From NCBI GenBank assembly GCA_963663385.2, contig CAXXXD010000002.1, forward strand, positions 1,312,001-1,376,000: a DNA stretch of 64,000 nucleotides. The letters are read 5' to 3'. The DNA comes from Oceanispirochaeta sp. (GTDB taxonomy: Bacteria; Spirochaetota; Spirochaetia; DSM-2461). The notes beneath the pieces are model-generated. The model searched no databases, was not told the DNA's origin, and saw nothing but the letters and a program-made list of their open reading frames with translations. Positions 1 to 9,347 of the stretch are shown piece after piece (within the stretch, counting starts at the first letter, position 1; each line of letters opens with the position of its first letter). Position numbers and translations under genes: made by a program.

Positions 1-1528
1 TTTCATAATTCAGAGCGTAGTCTGCGGGTGAAGAGATTTTTCGACCCGGAGATTCCGTACGGGGGATGGTTTCGATTCCCATATCGTGCATGGCATCTTC
101 CCATTCACGGCGGTCTTCCGCTGCCAGCAGATAGACTCCCTCCGCCAGTTTTCGGCGTATCAGAGTCAAAAGACGGCTGTTCTGCTGTATCAGGGGTATC
201 CTGTCAGGTCTGACCTCTAGAATGACTCCTTCCCACAGGCGGAGTCCGTAATAATCCTCCTCCCAGTCCTTCAGGGAAAAACGGATATTCTGGGGCAGGC
301 TGAGCTGAAAACGGTTCCGGATATCCTCTTCCAGTTCTTCCAGACTCAACCCGGCTTTCAGAAAGCGGCGGAAGGATGCATCGCTTATCTTCAGCTGGGC
401 AAAGGAGTCGTAACGGTCCGGCTTCAGTACAAGAGACAGGGGAAGACTGAACGGTGTATCAGGAGTCAGGTTGGCATCGAAGGTGGCATGAAGAAACAGA
501 GTCCCTGCTGCCTGACTCTCCTCATTGAAAAAAGAGGGGATCATGGGATGAACGGAGTAGATTCCGTTATTTTCCAGAAAGAAACCGAATCGTTTCAGAA
601 CCCGGATAATGTGTCCCGGGCTTATGGATGCGCTTTCGCCGGAAAGGCGTTCGCTTAAAAGGAGAATCAGAGTTTCCAGGTCTTTCTCATTAAGGGCCGC
701 CCCTTCCGGTATCTGATCGGCCAGGGAGGCAATCAGCTGACTGCAGCTGCTTACCCTGGAACGTTCTCTGGTACAGAGGGCACCCCAAAGCCACAGGAGC
801 TGATCTTTCCGGTTCCGGGCGGAAAACTTTTTAAGATTTTCCACCTTCAGACGCCACTCTCTGCCGCTCTCCTTCAGCAGGGAGAGGGTTTTCAGGGAAT
901 TCAGCAGCAGGTGCAAAACCTCATTTGGTTCATCCGTAAAACCGGCGGAAGGAAAAACTCTGATCAGGGAGGCTGTAAAGCGCTTTTTTATGGATCCGTC
1001 ACTATTGCAGATCTGACTGTCTTCGTTCAGAAGAGAGAGAAAACAGATCAGAAAGGAGCCATTAATCAGAGGGATTTCCGCTGGTGCGGGAACACTGCCG
1101 TTCCGGAACCGGATAAACTGAACGGGACCGAGCTTTCCTCTGATTTCATCGGGAATCAGGGGGGAGAGGATGAGGCCCATCTTATGGCCGGTTTTGTCAA
1201 AAAAAATCAGAAGCCTCTCTTCCAGGTTCATCAGACTGCTGCGGATTGTACTCGGAGAGAGGATCCCGCTGAAAAAATCAATCAGCGTACTATGATCGGG
1301 ATGGTCGAACCACTGAATGGCGGAGAGAATCTTGAGATCCCGGGAACTGATACGCAGGGCAATTTTCCGTGTATTGGCCGGAAGGGTCAGGAAGCCTGCC
1401 AGTCTGGCAAGGAGCTCATTCTTGTCATAGGGCGTTTGTACTCCTCCCAGATAGTTATTCATAATCTCCATAAAGACACTGTCCGGGAGATTTCTCATCA
1501 GTCTGTTCCACTCATCCCGCTTGTTCAT
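1..1528 (-). CDS. Helicase-associated (XPB/Ssl2 N-terminal-like, Helicase_C_3) domain protein, 3' end outside window
   Basis: Absent from the ORF track. ATG at 1528 overlaps the XPB stop (ATGA). Translates MNKRDEWNRLMRNLPDSVFMEIMNNYLG... and is in the same open frame at the window edge (...KISSPADYALNYE). Contains ..QLKISDASFRRFLKAGLSLEEL..LPQNIRFSLKDW.., typical of the XPB-associated domain. Confidence 0.75.
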   Translation of the reverse strand, partial: MNKRDEWNRLMRNLPDSVFMEIMNNYLGGVQTPYDKNELLARLAGFLTLPANTRKIALRISSRDLKILSAIQWFDHPDHSTLIDFFSGILSPSTIRSSLMNLEERLLIFFDKTGHKMGLILSPLIPDEIRGKLGPVQFIRFRNGSVPAPAEIPLINGSFLICFLSLLNEDSQICNSDGSIKKRFTASLIRVFPSAGFTDEPNEVLHLLLNSLKTLSLLKESGREWRLKVENLKKFSARNRKDQLLWLWGALCTRERSRVSSCSQLIASLADQIPEGAALNEKDLETLILLLSERLSGESASISPGHIIRVLKRFGFFLENNGIYSVHPMIPSFFNEESQAAGTLFLHATFDANLTPDTPFSLPLSLVLKPDRYDSFAQLKISDASFRRFLKAGLSLEELEEDIRNRFQLSLPQNIRFSLKDWEEDYYGLRLWEGVILEVRPDRIPLIQQNSRLLTLIRRKLAEGVYLLAAEDRREWEDAMHDMGIETIPRTESPGRKISSPADYALNYE

Positions 1529-3198
1529 AGATCCTCCAGTCCCAGAGAAATGGTGTACTGATACCCCTGTTCGGTAAGGAACTTCTGACGGTTTCCCGCG
1601 TACTGCTCTTCAATGGTATAGCGGCTTACAAGGGAGTAGAACCAGGAGTCCTTTTCTTTCGGTCTGAGGATACGGCCCAGGCGCTGGGCCTCCTCCTGAC
1701 GGGAGCCGAAGGTTCCTGAAATCTGGATGGCCAGGGACGCATCGGGAAGGTCTATGGCAAAGTTTGCCACTTTTGATACGACAATTACCCGGGAGCGGCC
1801 CTGCCGGAAATCTTCGTATATGGATTCACGCTCCTTATTGGGAGTCTGGCCTGTAATAAGCGGCGCCTTCAGGATTTTTGCTATTGTTTTAAGCTGCTGA
1901 ACATACTGACCTATTATCAGAGTAGCATCATCCGGGTGACGTTCCAGAATCTCTTTAACCATCTCCATTTTGGCCGGGTTTTCTGCGGCCAGCCGGAATT
2001 TCTGTCTTTTATCGGCTATGGCATAGGGTATCTTAAGTTCTTCGGGAAGATCCAGTCGAATCTCATGACACCAGGCTGTGGCGATCCACCCCCCCGCTTC
2101 CAGCTCTTTCCAGGGCACGTCGTATCGTTTGGGACCTACAAGAGAGAACACATCCTCTTCCGCTCCGTCTTCCCTGACCAGGGTTGCTGTCAGTCCCAGG
2201 CGGCGGACAGCCTGAATCTCTGCGGTCACCCTGAATACGGGTGCCGGCAGAAGGTGTACCTCATCGTAAATAATAAGGCCCCAGTTACCTTTGCGGAAGA
2301 GGGAGAAGTGCAGGTATTCACTCTCCCTGTCCTTTCGCCAGATAAGGATCTGGTAGGTTCCGATGGTGACAGGCCTGATGTCTTTTCTCTCACCCGTATA
2401 TTCACCAATGTCCTCTTCCCGCAGGTCTGTTTTTTCCAGAAGTTCCCGGCGCCATTGATGGACCGCTGCCACGTTGGTTGTCAAAATAAGGGTGCTGGTC
2501 TGCAGGCGGCTCATGGTTGTCATACCGATAACCGTTTTTCCGCCGCCGCAGGGAACCACTACCGTCCCGAAACCGGTACCGGGCTGGTTTTTACCGATAA
2601 AGGATTTAACCGCATCTTCCTGATAGTCTCTGATGCAAAATGGTTTTCCCCCGGGGAGTTCCTTCTTCAGGTTGATCTGACAGGGATCGCCATCTTTAAG
2701 AGGGGCCAGATCTTCGACGGGAAATCCGGCTTTAATCAGAATAAGCTTAATGGTTCCCCTGTCCACCAGATTCAGAAAAAAACCCTCCTCACCGGTGGTC
2801 AGGTACTTTTTCAGGGTTTTAAGATGGCTGATTTCCAGAAGAAGCACAGGATTCTCAATCCGAAGGAAGAGTACGTTTTCATCTTCAGTTGCTTCCAGTT
2901 TCAGCATCCCGTAGCGAGATAGAGTACTTCTAATAAAATAATTCACGTTCTCAGGTACGGGGAAACGGGAGTGGCGGTTCAGATTCTCAATAATTTCCTC
3001 TTCTCCCATACCGGCGGAAGCGGCATTCCAGAGGGAGAGGGGGCTCATACGGTAGGTATGAATATGTTCAGGAGATTTTTCCAGTTCAGCAAAAGGGCTT
3101 ATATCGGATCGGGCTTCATCAAAACCCGGATTGTGAACATCCAGCAGCAGGGAGTGGTCTCCCTGAACAATAAGAGGGCGAATTCCTGTATCAGTCAT
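1525..3198 (-). CDS. DNA repair helicase XPB/Rad25 family
   Basis: N-terminal LIVQGDHSLLL..ELEKSPEHIHTY domain, Walker A PCGGGKT, DEVH box, LGLTAT, QRLGRILRPK. Confidence 0.93.
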   Translation of the reverse strand: MTDTGIRPLIVQGDHSLLLDVHNPGFDEARSDISPFAELEKSPEHIHTYRMSPLSLWNAASAGMGEEEIIENLNRHSRFPVPENVNYFIRSTLSRYGMLKLEATEDENVLFLRIENPVLLLEISHLKTLKKYLTTGEEGFFLNLVDRGTIKLILIKAGFPVEDLAPLKDGDPCQINLKKELPGGKPFCIRDYQEDAVKSFIGKNQPGTGFGTVVVPCGGGKTVIGMTTMSRLQTSTLILTTNVAAVHQWRRELLEKTDLREEDIGEYTGERKDIRPVTIGTYQILIWRKDRESEYLHFSLFRKGNWGLIIYDEVHLLPAPVFRVTAEIQAVRRLGLTATLVREDGAEEDVFSLVGPKRYDVPWKELEAGGWIATAWCHEIRLDLPEELKIPYAIADKRQKFRLAAENPAKMEMVKEILERHPDDATLIIGQYVQQLKTIAKILKAPLITGQTPNKERESIYEDFRQGRSRVIVVSKVANFAIDLPDASLAIQISGTFGSRQEEAQRLGRILRPKEKDSWFYSLVSRYTIEEQYAGNRQKFLTEQGYQYTISLGLEDL

Positions 3199-3353
3199 AA
3201 CCAGCTATTCTATATCTTATGGCAGATAATGACAATAATGACCTGATTCCCGGGAACCATGATTGACTTTTACGGTATTCGAAGATTAAGCTGGGAAAAC
3301 AAACTCATTATTATAATTTAAATATAGCGTAAAAAACAGGATAATATATTGTT

Positions 3354-5282
3354 ATGAAACGAAGAAAATGGTTTTATCCCCTGATCATTCTTATCTATGT
3401 ATTTTTCATGATGCCTTTTGTATATTATCACTACCATCATACCAAAACCGATATTCTTAACCATCTGGATTCAGAGCTGTATAAGGCGGCCTGCAACCTT
3501 GAGATTCTCCTTGAAAAGGATTTTTTCGATACCTGGAATCCGGAGAGGCCATTACCTGAAGCAGATTATCAAATAGTGAAAAACAGACTCAACCGGTATG
3601 TCAGCAACCTTGACATAGAGTACGTGTATTCTATGGTTAAGCGGGAAAACGGTATCTATTTTGTTGTGAGCAACGAAACCGAAGAAGATATTAAAAGGGG
3701 AACACCAAGCCTTTTCTACACCCCCTATCCTGTTCCTCCGGAAGATCTGCTTAAGGCATTTGAAACGGGAAAAGTCGTATACCATTCATCCTATACCAAT
3801 ATCTGGAACAGTTACTACTCTGTTTTTGTCCCCAGGTACACAAAAGCCGGTTTACCCTATGTACTGGCCGCAGATATTAAAATGGAAGATCAGAAAAGTG
3901 CATTGAACGATAGTGTTTCCCAGCTGATTTTAACGATTCTATTACTGCTACTGCCGATTATTCCCTTTTACATAATCCTGTCTGTTCAGGGAAAGAACCG
4001 GGAGCAGGAGCTATTGAATCAGTTATTTACCGACTCACTGACGGGTCTTCCCAACAGAAAGAAATTTATCAGGGATAAGGAGTTTTCCTTTCTGCCCGGG
4101 ACCTCGGCCATAATGCTGGATATAGATTCCTTTCGGGAGATTAATAACCTGTTTGGAGGACGAACAGGCGATCGTGTTCTGTGTCATACAGCGGAAATAC
4201 TGAAATCCCACTGTGGTTCCGGAGATATCCTCTACAAGTTTCCGGCCGATGAATTTGTCATCCTGGTACAGAACAGGAGCCGGCGGGAGATTCAGGAACT
4301 GACAACCCGTATCCTCCAGGCTTTTTCCAACAGCCCCTTCCTTACAAAAGGGCAGTCCCTGAGCCTGTCTATCAGCGCAGGTATTGCTTTTGAACCGGAA
4401 TCTCAGAGAAAACTCCTTTCTTCCGCCAATATTGCCAAAAATCAGGCTAAAAGGGACAGGAAAGGTTATGTCCTGTACGAAGAATCCATGAATCTGGAGG
4501 ATCAGTACTCCATGAACTACTTCTGGCTGAACTCCCTGAAGGAAGCCCTGCTGGAGGAGCGTATACTTCCCTATTACCAGCCTATCTACCATAATCCTTC
4601 CGGCAGGATCAACAAGTTTGAAGCTCTTGTACGCCTTATAGACAAGGACGGGAATGCTGTTACTCCTGATAGATTCCTGCCTGTCGCCAAAAAGAGCAAA
4701 CTGTATAAACAGATTACTTTTGCAATGGTAAAAAGGGTTTTTCGGGATTTCATGAAAAACTCCCACAGGGTAAGCATAAACCTTTCTGTCAGAGATCTGC
4801 TGGATGATGACACGATCAGCTATCTTCTGGATATGGTGGAGGAATATCAGATGCAGGGCCGTCTTGTGGTGGAACTCCTGGAATCGGAATCCCTGCTGGG
4901 GATGGATAATCTGAAAAGCCTGCTCTGCAGCCTGCGCAGGAAGGGAATTGCCATTGCCATTGATGACTTCGGGAGCGGTTACTCCAATTTCTCCTATCTT
5001 TCAAACATTCCTGTGGATTTTATGAAAATAGACGGCTCCCTGATCCGGAGCCTGATGAGCAACAAGTCTTCCGAAGCGGTGGTTACAGCCATTTCCGCTT
5101 TTTCAAAAGATCTGGGCATTCCCCTTATTGCCGAATTTGTCCCGGACGGGGATACCCTTGAAAAGCTGATTTCTCTGGGAGTGGAATTCTCACAGGGTTA
5201 CTACATCGGCCGGCCTGTCCCCATTGAAGAACTGTCTATCCAGGCGGATTTCAGGCTTCTGAAGGATGGAAGCAGGCTGTAA
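3354..5282 (+). CDS. Membrane-anchored sensor + degenerate GGDEF + EAL protein (probable c-di-GMP phosphodiesterase)
   Basis: Two hydrophobic segments around a periplasmic domain; DSLTGLPN; PADEF in place of GGDEF; FEAL; DDFGSGYS; SQGY. Confidence 0.88.
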   Translation: MKRRKWFYPLIILIYVFFMMPFVYYHYHHTKTDILNHLDSELYKAACNLEILLEKDFFDTWNPERPLPEADYQIVKNRLNRYVSNLDIEYVYSMVKRENGIYFVVSNETEEDIKRGTPSLFYTPYPVPPEDLLKAFETGKVVYHSSYTNIWNSYYSVFVPRYTKAGLPYVLAADIKMEDQKSALNDSVSQLILTILLLLLPIIPFYIILSVQGKNREQELLNQLFTDSLTGLPNRKKFIRDKEFSFLPGTSAIMLDIDSFREINNLFGGRTGDRVLCHTAEILKSHCGSGDILYKFPADEFVILVQNRSRREIQELTTRILQAFSNSPFLTKGQSLSLSISAGIAFEPESQRKLLSSANIAKNQAKRDRKGYVLYEESMNLEDQYSMNYFWLNSLKEALLEERILPYYQPIYHNPSGRINKFEALVRLIDKDGNAVTPDRFLPVAKKSKLYKQITFAMVKRVFRDFMKNSHRVSINLSVRDLLDDDTISYLLDMVEEYQMQGRLVVELLESESLLGMDNLKSLLCSLRRKGIAIAIDDFGSGYSNFSYLSNIPVDFMKIDGSLIRSLMSNKSSEAVVTAISAFSKDLGIPLIAEFVPDGDTLEKLISLGVEFSQGYYIGRPVPIEELSIQADFRLLKDGSRL

Positions 5283-6252
5283 AGTGCCTTTCTCCTTTTT
5301 CTTCCATGGGAGGGAAACCCAGGCACTTTTCCGATCTCGATCCGCAGCGGTGATAAAAGGGACAGCCTTTTAACTCTTTCGTGGCGTCAAATGGTTCGAA
5401 TCCGCTTAAATTCAGGTTCCTGTCCATACGGGACGGGATACTGTCATAAAGCAGCCTGGTATAGGGGTGGTAACGATTCCGCACCAGGCTCCCGGCAGGG
5501 GCTTCCTCCATAAGACGTCCCCGGTACATAACCCCGATTCTGTCACAGAGGTAGGTGGTCACGGTCAGATCGTGAGCGATAAACAGCATGGTGAGGCGGA
5601 ATTTCTCCTTCAGTTCAAGCAGAAGGTTCAGAATCTGGCTCTGAATGGAAACATCCAGGGCGGAAACAACCTCATCGCAGATGAGAAGTTCCGGTTTCAT
5701 TATCAGGGCGCGGGCTATGGATATCCTCTGCCGCTGACCGCCGGAAAAATCCGAGGGACGGCGGTTCAGGTCATCCGGAGAGAGGCCTACGGTTCGCATC
5801 ATTTCAGCCGCTTCCTCTCTTGCCCTGTTCTCTCCGGGCCAGGCGGGAGACTGCTTGTATCCGGCTGTCAGGATCCGGTAGATGGTCATACGGGGATTCA
5901 GAGAGCGGGCCGGATCCTGAAATACATACTTGACTCTGCTTCGGTATTCAAACAGTTCCTTTTTTCTCAGTTCAGAGAGTTTGAGGACCCGGTTTTCCTT
6001 TTGGGTGGAACCGCCCCTGTAATAGAGAATTTCCCCCCCGTCCTGCCTGTACATCTGAATGGCCAGACGGGCCAGGGTTGTTTTCCCGCAGCCCGATTCG
6101 CCCACCAGGCCGTAACATTCCCCCCGGTGGAGTTTGATGCTCACATCGTTTACGGCATACACAAAGCGTCCGTACCTGGCAAAAAGACCTGCTTCCAGGG
6201 GAAAGTGCTTTTCCAGATTATTCATTTCCAGCAGCAGTTCACTCATGGGCAT
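5251..6252 (-). CDS. oppF: Oligopeptide/dipeptide ABC transporter ATP-binding subunit (OppF-like)
   Basis: GESGCGKTT, FSGGQRQR, HPYT and C-terminal GCPF..RC motif. Start may be the second Met. Confidence 0.88.
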   Translation of the reverse strand: MPMSELLLEMNNLEKHFPLEAGLFARYGRFVYAVNDVSIKLHRGECYGLVGESGCGKTTLARLAIQMYRQDGGEILYYRGGSTQKENRVLKLSELRKKELFEYRSRVKYVFQDPARSLNPRMTIYRILTAGYKQSPAWPGENRAREEAAEMMRTVGLSPDDLNRRPSDFSGGQRQRISIARALIMKPELLICDEVVSALDVSIQSQILNLLLELKEKFRLTMLFIAHDLTVTTYLCDRIGVMYRGRLMEEAPAGSLVRNRYHPYTRLLYDSIPSRMDRNLNLSGFEPFDATKELKGCPFYHRCGSRSEKCLGFPPMEEKGERHFTACFHPSEA

Positions 6253-7207
6253 TCCCCCTCAGGATGCAGCGTATTTTCCTTCCATCCTCTTTCTTTACGG
6301 AAGGGATGTTTTCCGTACAGCCTGAAAGGGCTTCGGGGCAGCGGGGGGCAAAGGGGCAGCCCGGTTCCGGGTTGATCGGATCGGGAACCGTGCCGGGAAT
6401 GGCTGTAAGTTTATCCGTTGTATAGTGGCTCCCGAAGGAGGGCATGGCATGAAGAAGCCCTTTGCTGTAGGGATGAAGCGGTTTTTTGTATATCTTTTCC
6501 GAGTCCCCCTCTTCCATAATCAGTCCCCCGTACATAACAAGTATCCGGTCGGCCACACGGCTTACAAGGTCCAGGTCGTGACTGATAAAGATTATCCCCA
6601 TTCCCCTTGACTCCCGCAGCTTCAGAAGCAACTCAATAATCTGGGCCTGAATGGTAACGTCCAGGGCTGTTGTCGCCTCGTCTGCAATAAGCAGCCGGGG
6701 ATCGGATGCCAGAGCCAGGGCAATCATCATCCTCTGGAGCTGGCCTCCCGAAAACTGATGGGGGAAGTTTCCCAGCCTGTTCTCTGGCTGGGGGATCTGA
6801 ACTTCCCTCATCAGCTCCAGAGTCCTCTCCCTCAGTTTTTCATCCGGTTCTCCGGTGTACTGCAGGCGCAGGGTTTCCCGGAAGGTTTTCTCCATATTGT
6901 AGAGGGGATCAAAAGATCGTCCGGGTTCCTGAAAGATCATGGCAATCTTTTTGCCCCGGAATTCCGGGAGCTCTTTTTTCTCCAGATGACCCACATTAAT
7001 CCCGTCTAACAGGATGTCCCCTTCTATCCGGGCGTAATCCGGCAGCAGGCGCATCAGCGACTGGGCTGTTACGGATTTTCCCGATCCGCTCTCACCTACG
7101 ATTCCCAGAATCTCTCCCTGCTCCATGGAGAGGCTTACTCCTCTGACGGCTTTGAGTTCTCCCCGTCTGAGAGGGAAGGTCACTTTAAGATTTTCAACTT
7201 CCAGCAT
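6239..7207 (-). CDS. oppD: Oligopeptide/dipeptide ABC transporter ATP-binding subunit (OppD-like)
   Basis: GESGSGKS, PHQFSGGQ, TTALDVTIQAQI, GCPFAPRC. Confidence 0.9.
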   Translation of the reverse strand: MLEVENLKVTFPLRRGELKAVRGVSLSMEQGEILGIVGESGSGKSVTAQSLMRLLPDYARIEGDILLDGINVGHLEKKELPEFRGKKIAMIFQEPGRSFDPLYNMEKTFRETLRLQYTGEPDEKLRERTLELMREVQIPQPENRLGNFPHQFSGGQLQRMMIALALASDPRLLIADEATTALDVTIQAQIIELLLKLRESRGMGIIFISHDLDLVSRVADRILVMYGGLIMEEGDSEKIYKKPLHPYSKGLLHAMPSFGSHYTTDKLTAIPGTVPDPINPEPGCPFAPRCPEALSGCTENIPSVKKEDGRKIRCILRGNAHE

Positions 7208-8286
7208 TATCTGAGCCCTCCCTTATCACGGTGCCAGGGATCCAGGTAGTCCCGCAGCAGGTCGCCCAGAAAGTTGAATGCCAGGGTCGTGATGAGCAGA
7301 AAAAGACCTGGAATCAAAAACCAGGGGAAATTCATCAGGTTGCTGAGAGTGGAAATCTCCCGGTTAATCAGGCTTCCCCAGCTGACGGCGGGATCCACAA
7401 TCCCCAGCCCCAGATAGGAGAGAACGGTCTCTCCCAGGATAAAGCCGGGAATTCCCAGAGCTATGCTCACGATAATGATGGACGACATCTGGGGGATGAT
7501 CTGCCGGAAGATAATGGAGAGGGTGGGGATCCCCTCCAGTACGGCGTTGGAGATAAAATCCTCCCGTTTTATGCTGTGCACCAGTCCCCGTATCAGACGG
7601 GCCGATCCGGGCCAGCCCACAAAGGAGAGGATTACGACAATGACCATATAGGACTGTCCGCTGGTCATGCTCCGGGACAGGATGGACCGCAGAAAGAGGA
7701 TCAGGTACAGTCCGGGGATCAGGATGAAAAACTCGGAAAACCGCATAATAAGCCAATCCACCTTTCCCCCGTAGAACCCCGCCAGGCCTCCGAAGGTAAT
7801 GGCCAGGGTCATGGAGATGGCTATGCCGATAAAACCGATTGTAAGGCTGATGCGGCTGCCGTAGAGGATACGGGAGAAGAGGTCCCGTCCCAGGTTGTCC
7901 GATCCCATAAGGAATACCGGGTAGGCTTCAGAATCAGAACTCCCTTCAATCCCGAATAAATGGCGTTTCATTGGTATAGCATTCCATAATTTGTATGGAG
8001 TCCCTTTCGGAAAAAAACGAACCTTTATATATTCTCCTTTTATTCGTGCATATTCCCAGGTTAGTTCATTAATAACCTGTCTTTGCTGGATTTGTGGCCC
8101 GAACCCCAGTTCATGGGAGTACCATTGCAGATTCGGTGGATGGTAGCTGTGGTGAGCAAAGCTATTGGAGGGAGTGTACGGAGAAATAAACTCGGCAAAA
8201 ATCAGCATGAAATATAACAGGAAGAGTATAATAAGAGAAATAAACGCTGTCGGTCTGTGAAGGGATGCTTTTAAGAAGCTTTTCAT
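7207..8286 (-). CDS. oppC: Peptide ABC transporter permease (OppC-like)
   Basis: GSDNLGRDLFSRILYGSRISL, LSYLGLG, SWG motifs; multiple TM segments. Confidence 0.88.
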   Translation of the reverse strand: MKSFLKASLHRPTAFISLIILFLLYFMLIFAEFISPYTPSNSFAHHSYHPPNLQWYSHELGFGPQIQQRQVINELTWEYARIKGEYIKVRFFPKGTPYKLWNAIPMKRHLFGIEGSSDSEAYPVFLMGSDNLGRDLFSRILYGSRISLTIGFIGIAISMTLAITFGGLAGFYGGKVDWLIMRFSEFFILIPGLYLILFLRSILSRSMTSGQSYMVIVVILSFVGWPGSARLIRGLVHSIKREDFISNAVLEGIPTLSIIFRQIIPQMSSIIIVSIALGIPGFILGETVLSYLGLGIVDPAVSWGSLINREISTLSNLMNFPWFLIPGLFLLITTLAFNFLGDLLRDYLDPWHRDKGGLR

Positions 8287-9347
8287 GATTTACTATACCT
8301 TATTCGAGGATCGACAAGAGCAAGTAAAATATCTGCCAGTGTCATCCCTAAAAGAACCAGAAATGAGATAAACATTATATTGGTTAAAACTAGATTTATA
8401 TCTTCCTGTAAGACTGCTTCATACATTAGTCTTCCCAGACCAGGATAGGAAAAAATAATTTCCAGAATCAAAGAACCAGAGAATAAACTGGCTAGTAGAT
8501 TGGCGCTGCTGGTTATATAGGGATTCAATGTATTCCGGAAGGCATGAGAGAAATAGACTCTGTACTCGCTAATTCCCCGTGCTCTTAATGCCGTAATATA
8601 GGGCTGCCCCAGCTGATCCAGCATAGTGGCCCGTATCATTCTCATTGTTCCTCCTATACCGCCAAGAAAAGCCGCCAGAAGCGGGAGGAATATGTGATAA
8701 AGATAGGAAAAGGTGAAGGCTACCGGGGCTTCGCTATAGGGGAATCCCGGATAGGCTGTCACAGGGAACCAACCGGTAATGGCAGCCATCAGCTGAAGAA
8801 GAATTAATAGAAGAATACCTGGAAATGAGTGCAAAAACAGAGCAATGAATGTGGCGGCCAGATCCGTTTTTGTTCCAACTTTTGAGGAAAAATAGATTCC
8901 CAGCGCAAAGGAGATAACTGTTAGAAAAACAAGAGATATCATGTTCAGGATCAGTGAATTCCGGAGCCTGTCTTTTATCAGGAACAGAATTGGAGCACGA
9001 CTGATCATGGATTTACCCAAATCCTGTTTAACTATGACTTGATTCAGCCAGTTGAAATATTGCCTGTAAAAGGGCTTGTCCAAACCCAGTCGTGCTTTTT
9101 CAGCGGCTATTATTTCCGGGCTGATCAGATTATTCTCTCCACGGTATTCAGTCATATTCATTATTTGGTTCTTTACATAATTATCAACGATATCTCCTGG
9201 AGAGAGTGCCATTAAACCAAATACGGCAAAACCGAGTATGAAAAGCAGTGTTGCCATTGATATGATCCTGAGAAGAATAAACGATATAAGGGGATTCTTC
9301 TTCTGAAAGACGTAATAGCCTTGAATGATTTTATTTGATTTTTTCAT
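8283..9347 (-). CDS. oppB: Peptide ABC transporter permease (OppB-like)
   Basis: LSPGD, LGLDKP, DLGKS, HAFRN, C-terminal VDPRIRY. Confidence 0.88.
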   Translation of the reverse strand: MKKSNKIIQGYYVFQKKNPLISFILLRIISMATLLFILGFAVFGLMALSPGDIVDNYVKNQIMNMTEYRGENNLISPEIIAAEKARLGLDKPFYRQYFNWLNQVIVKQDLGKSMISRAPILFLIKDRLRNSLILNMISLVFLTVISFALGIYFSSKVGTKTDLAATFIALFLHSFPGILLLILLQLMAAITGWFPVTAYPGFPYSEAPVAFTFSYLYHIFLPLLAAFLGGIGGTMRMIRATMLDQLGQPYITALRARGISEYRVYFSHAFRNTLNPYITSSANLLASLFSGSLILEIIFSYPGLGRLMYEAVLQEDINLVLTNIMFISFLVLLGMTLADILLALVDPRIRYSKS

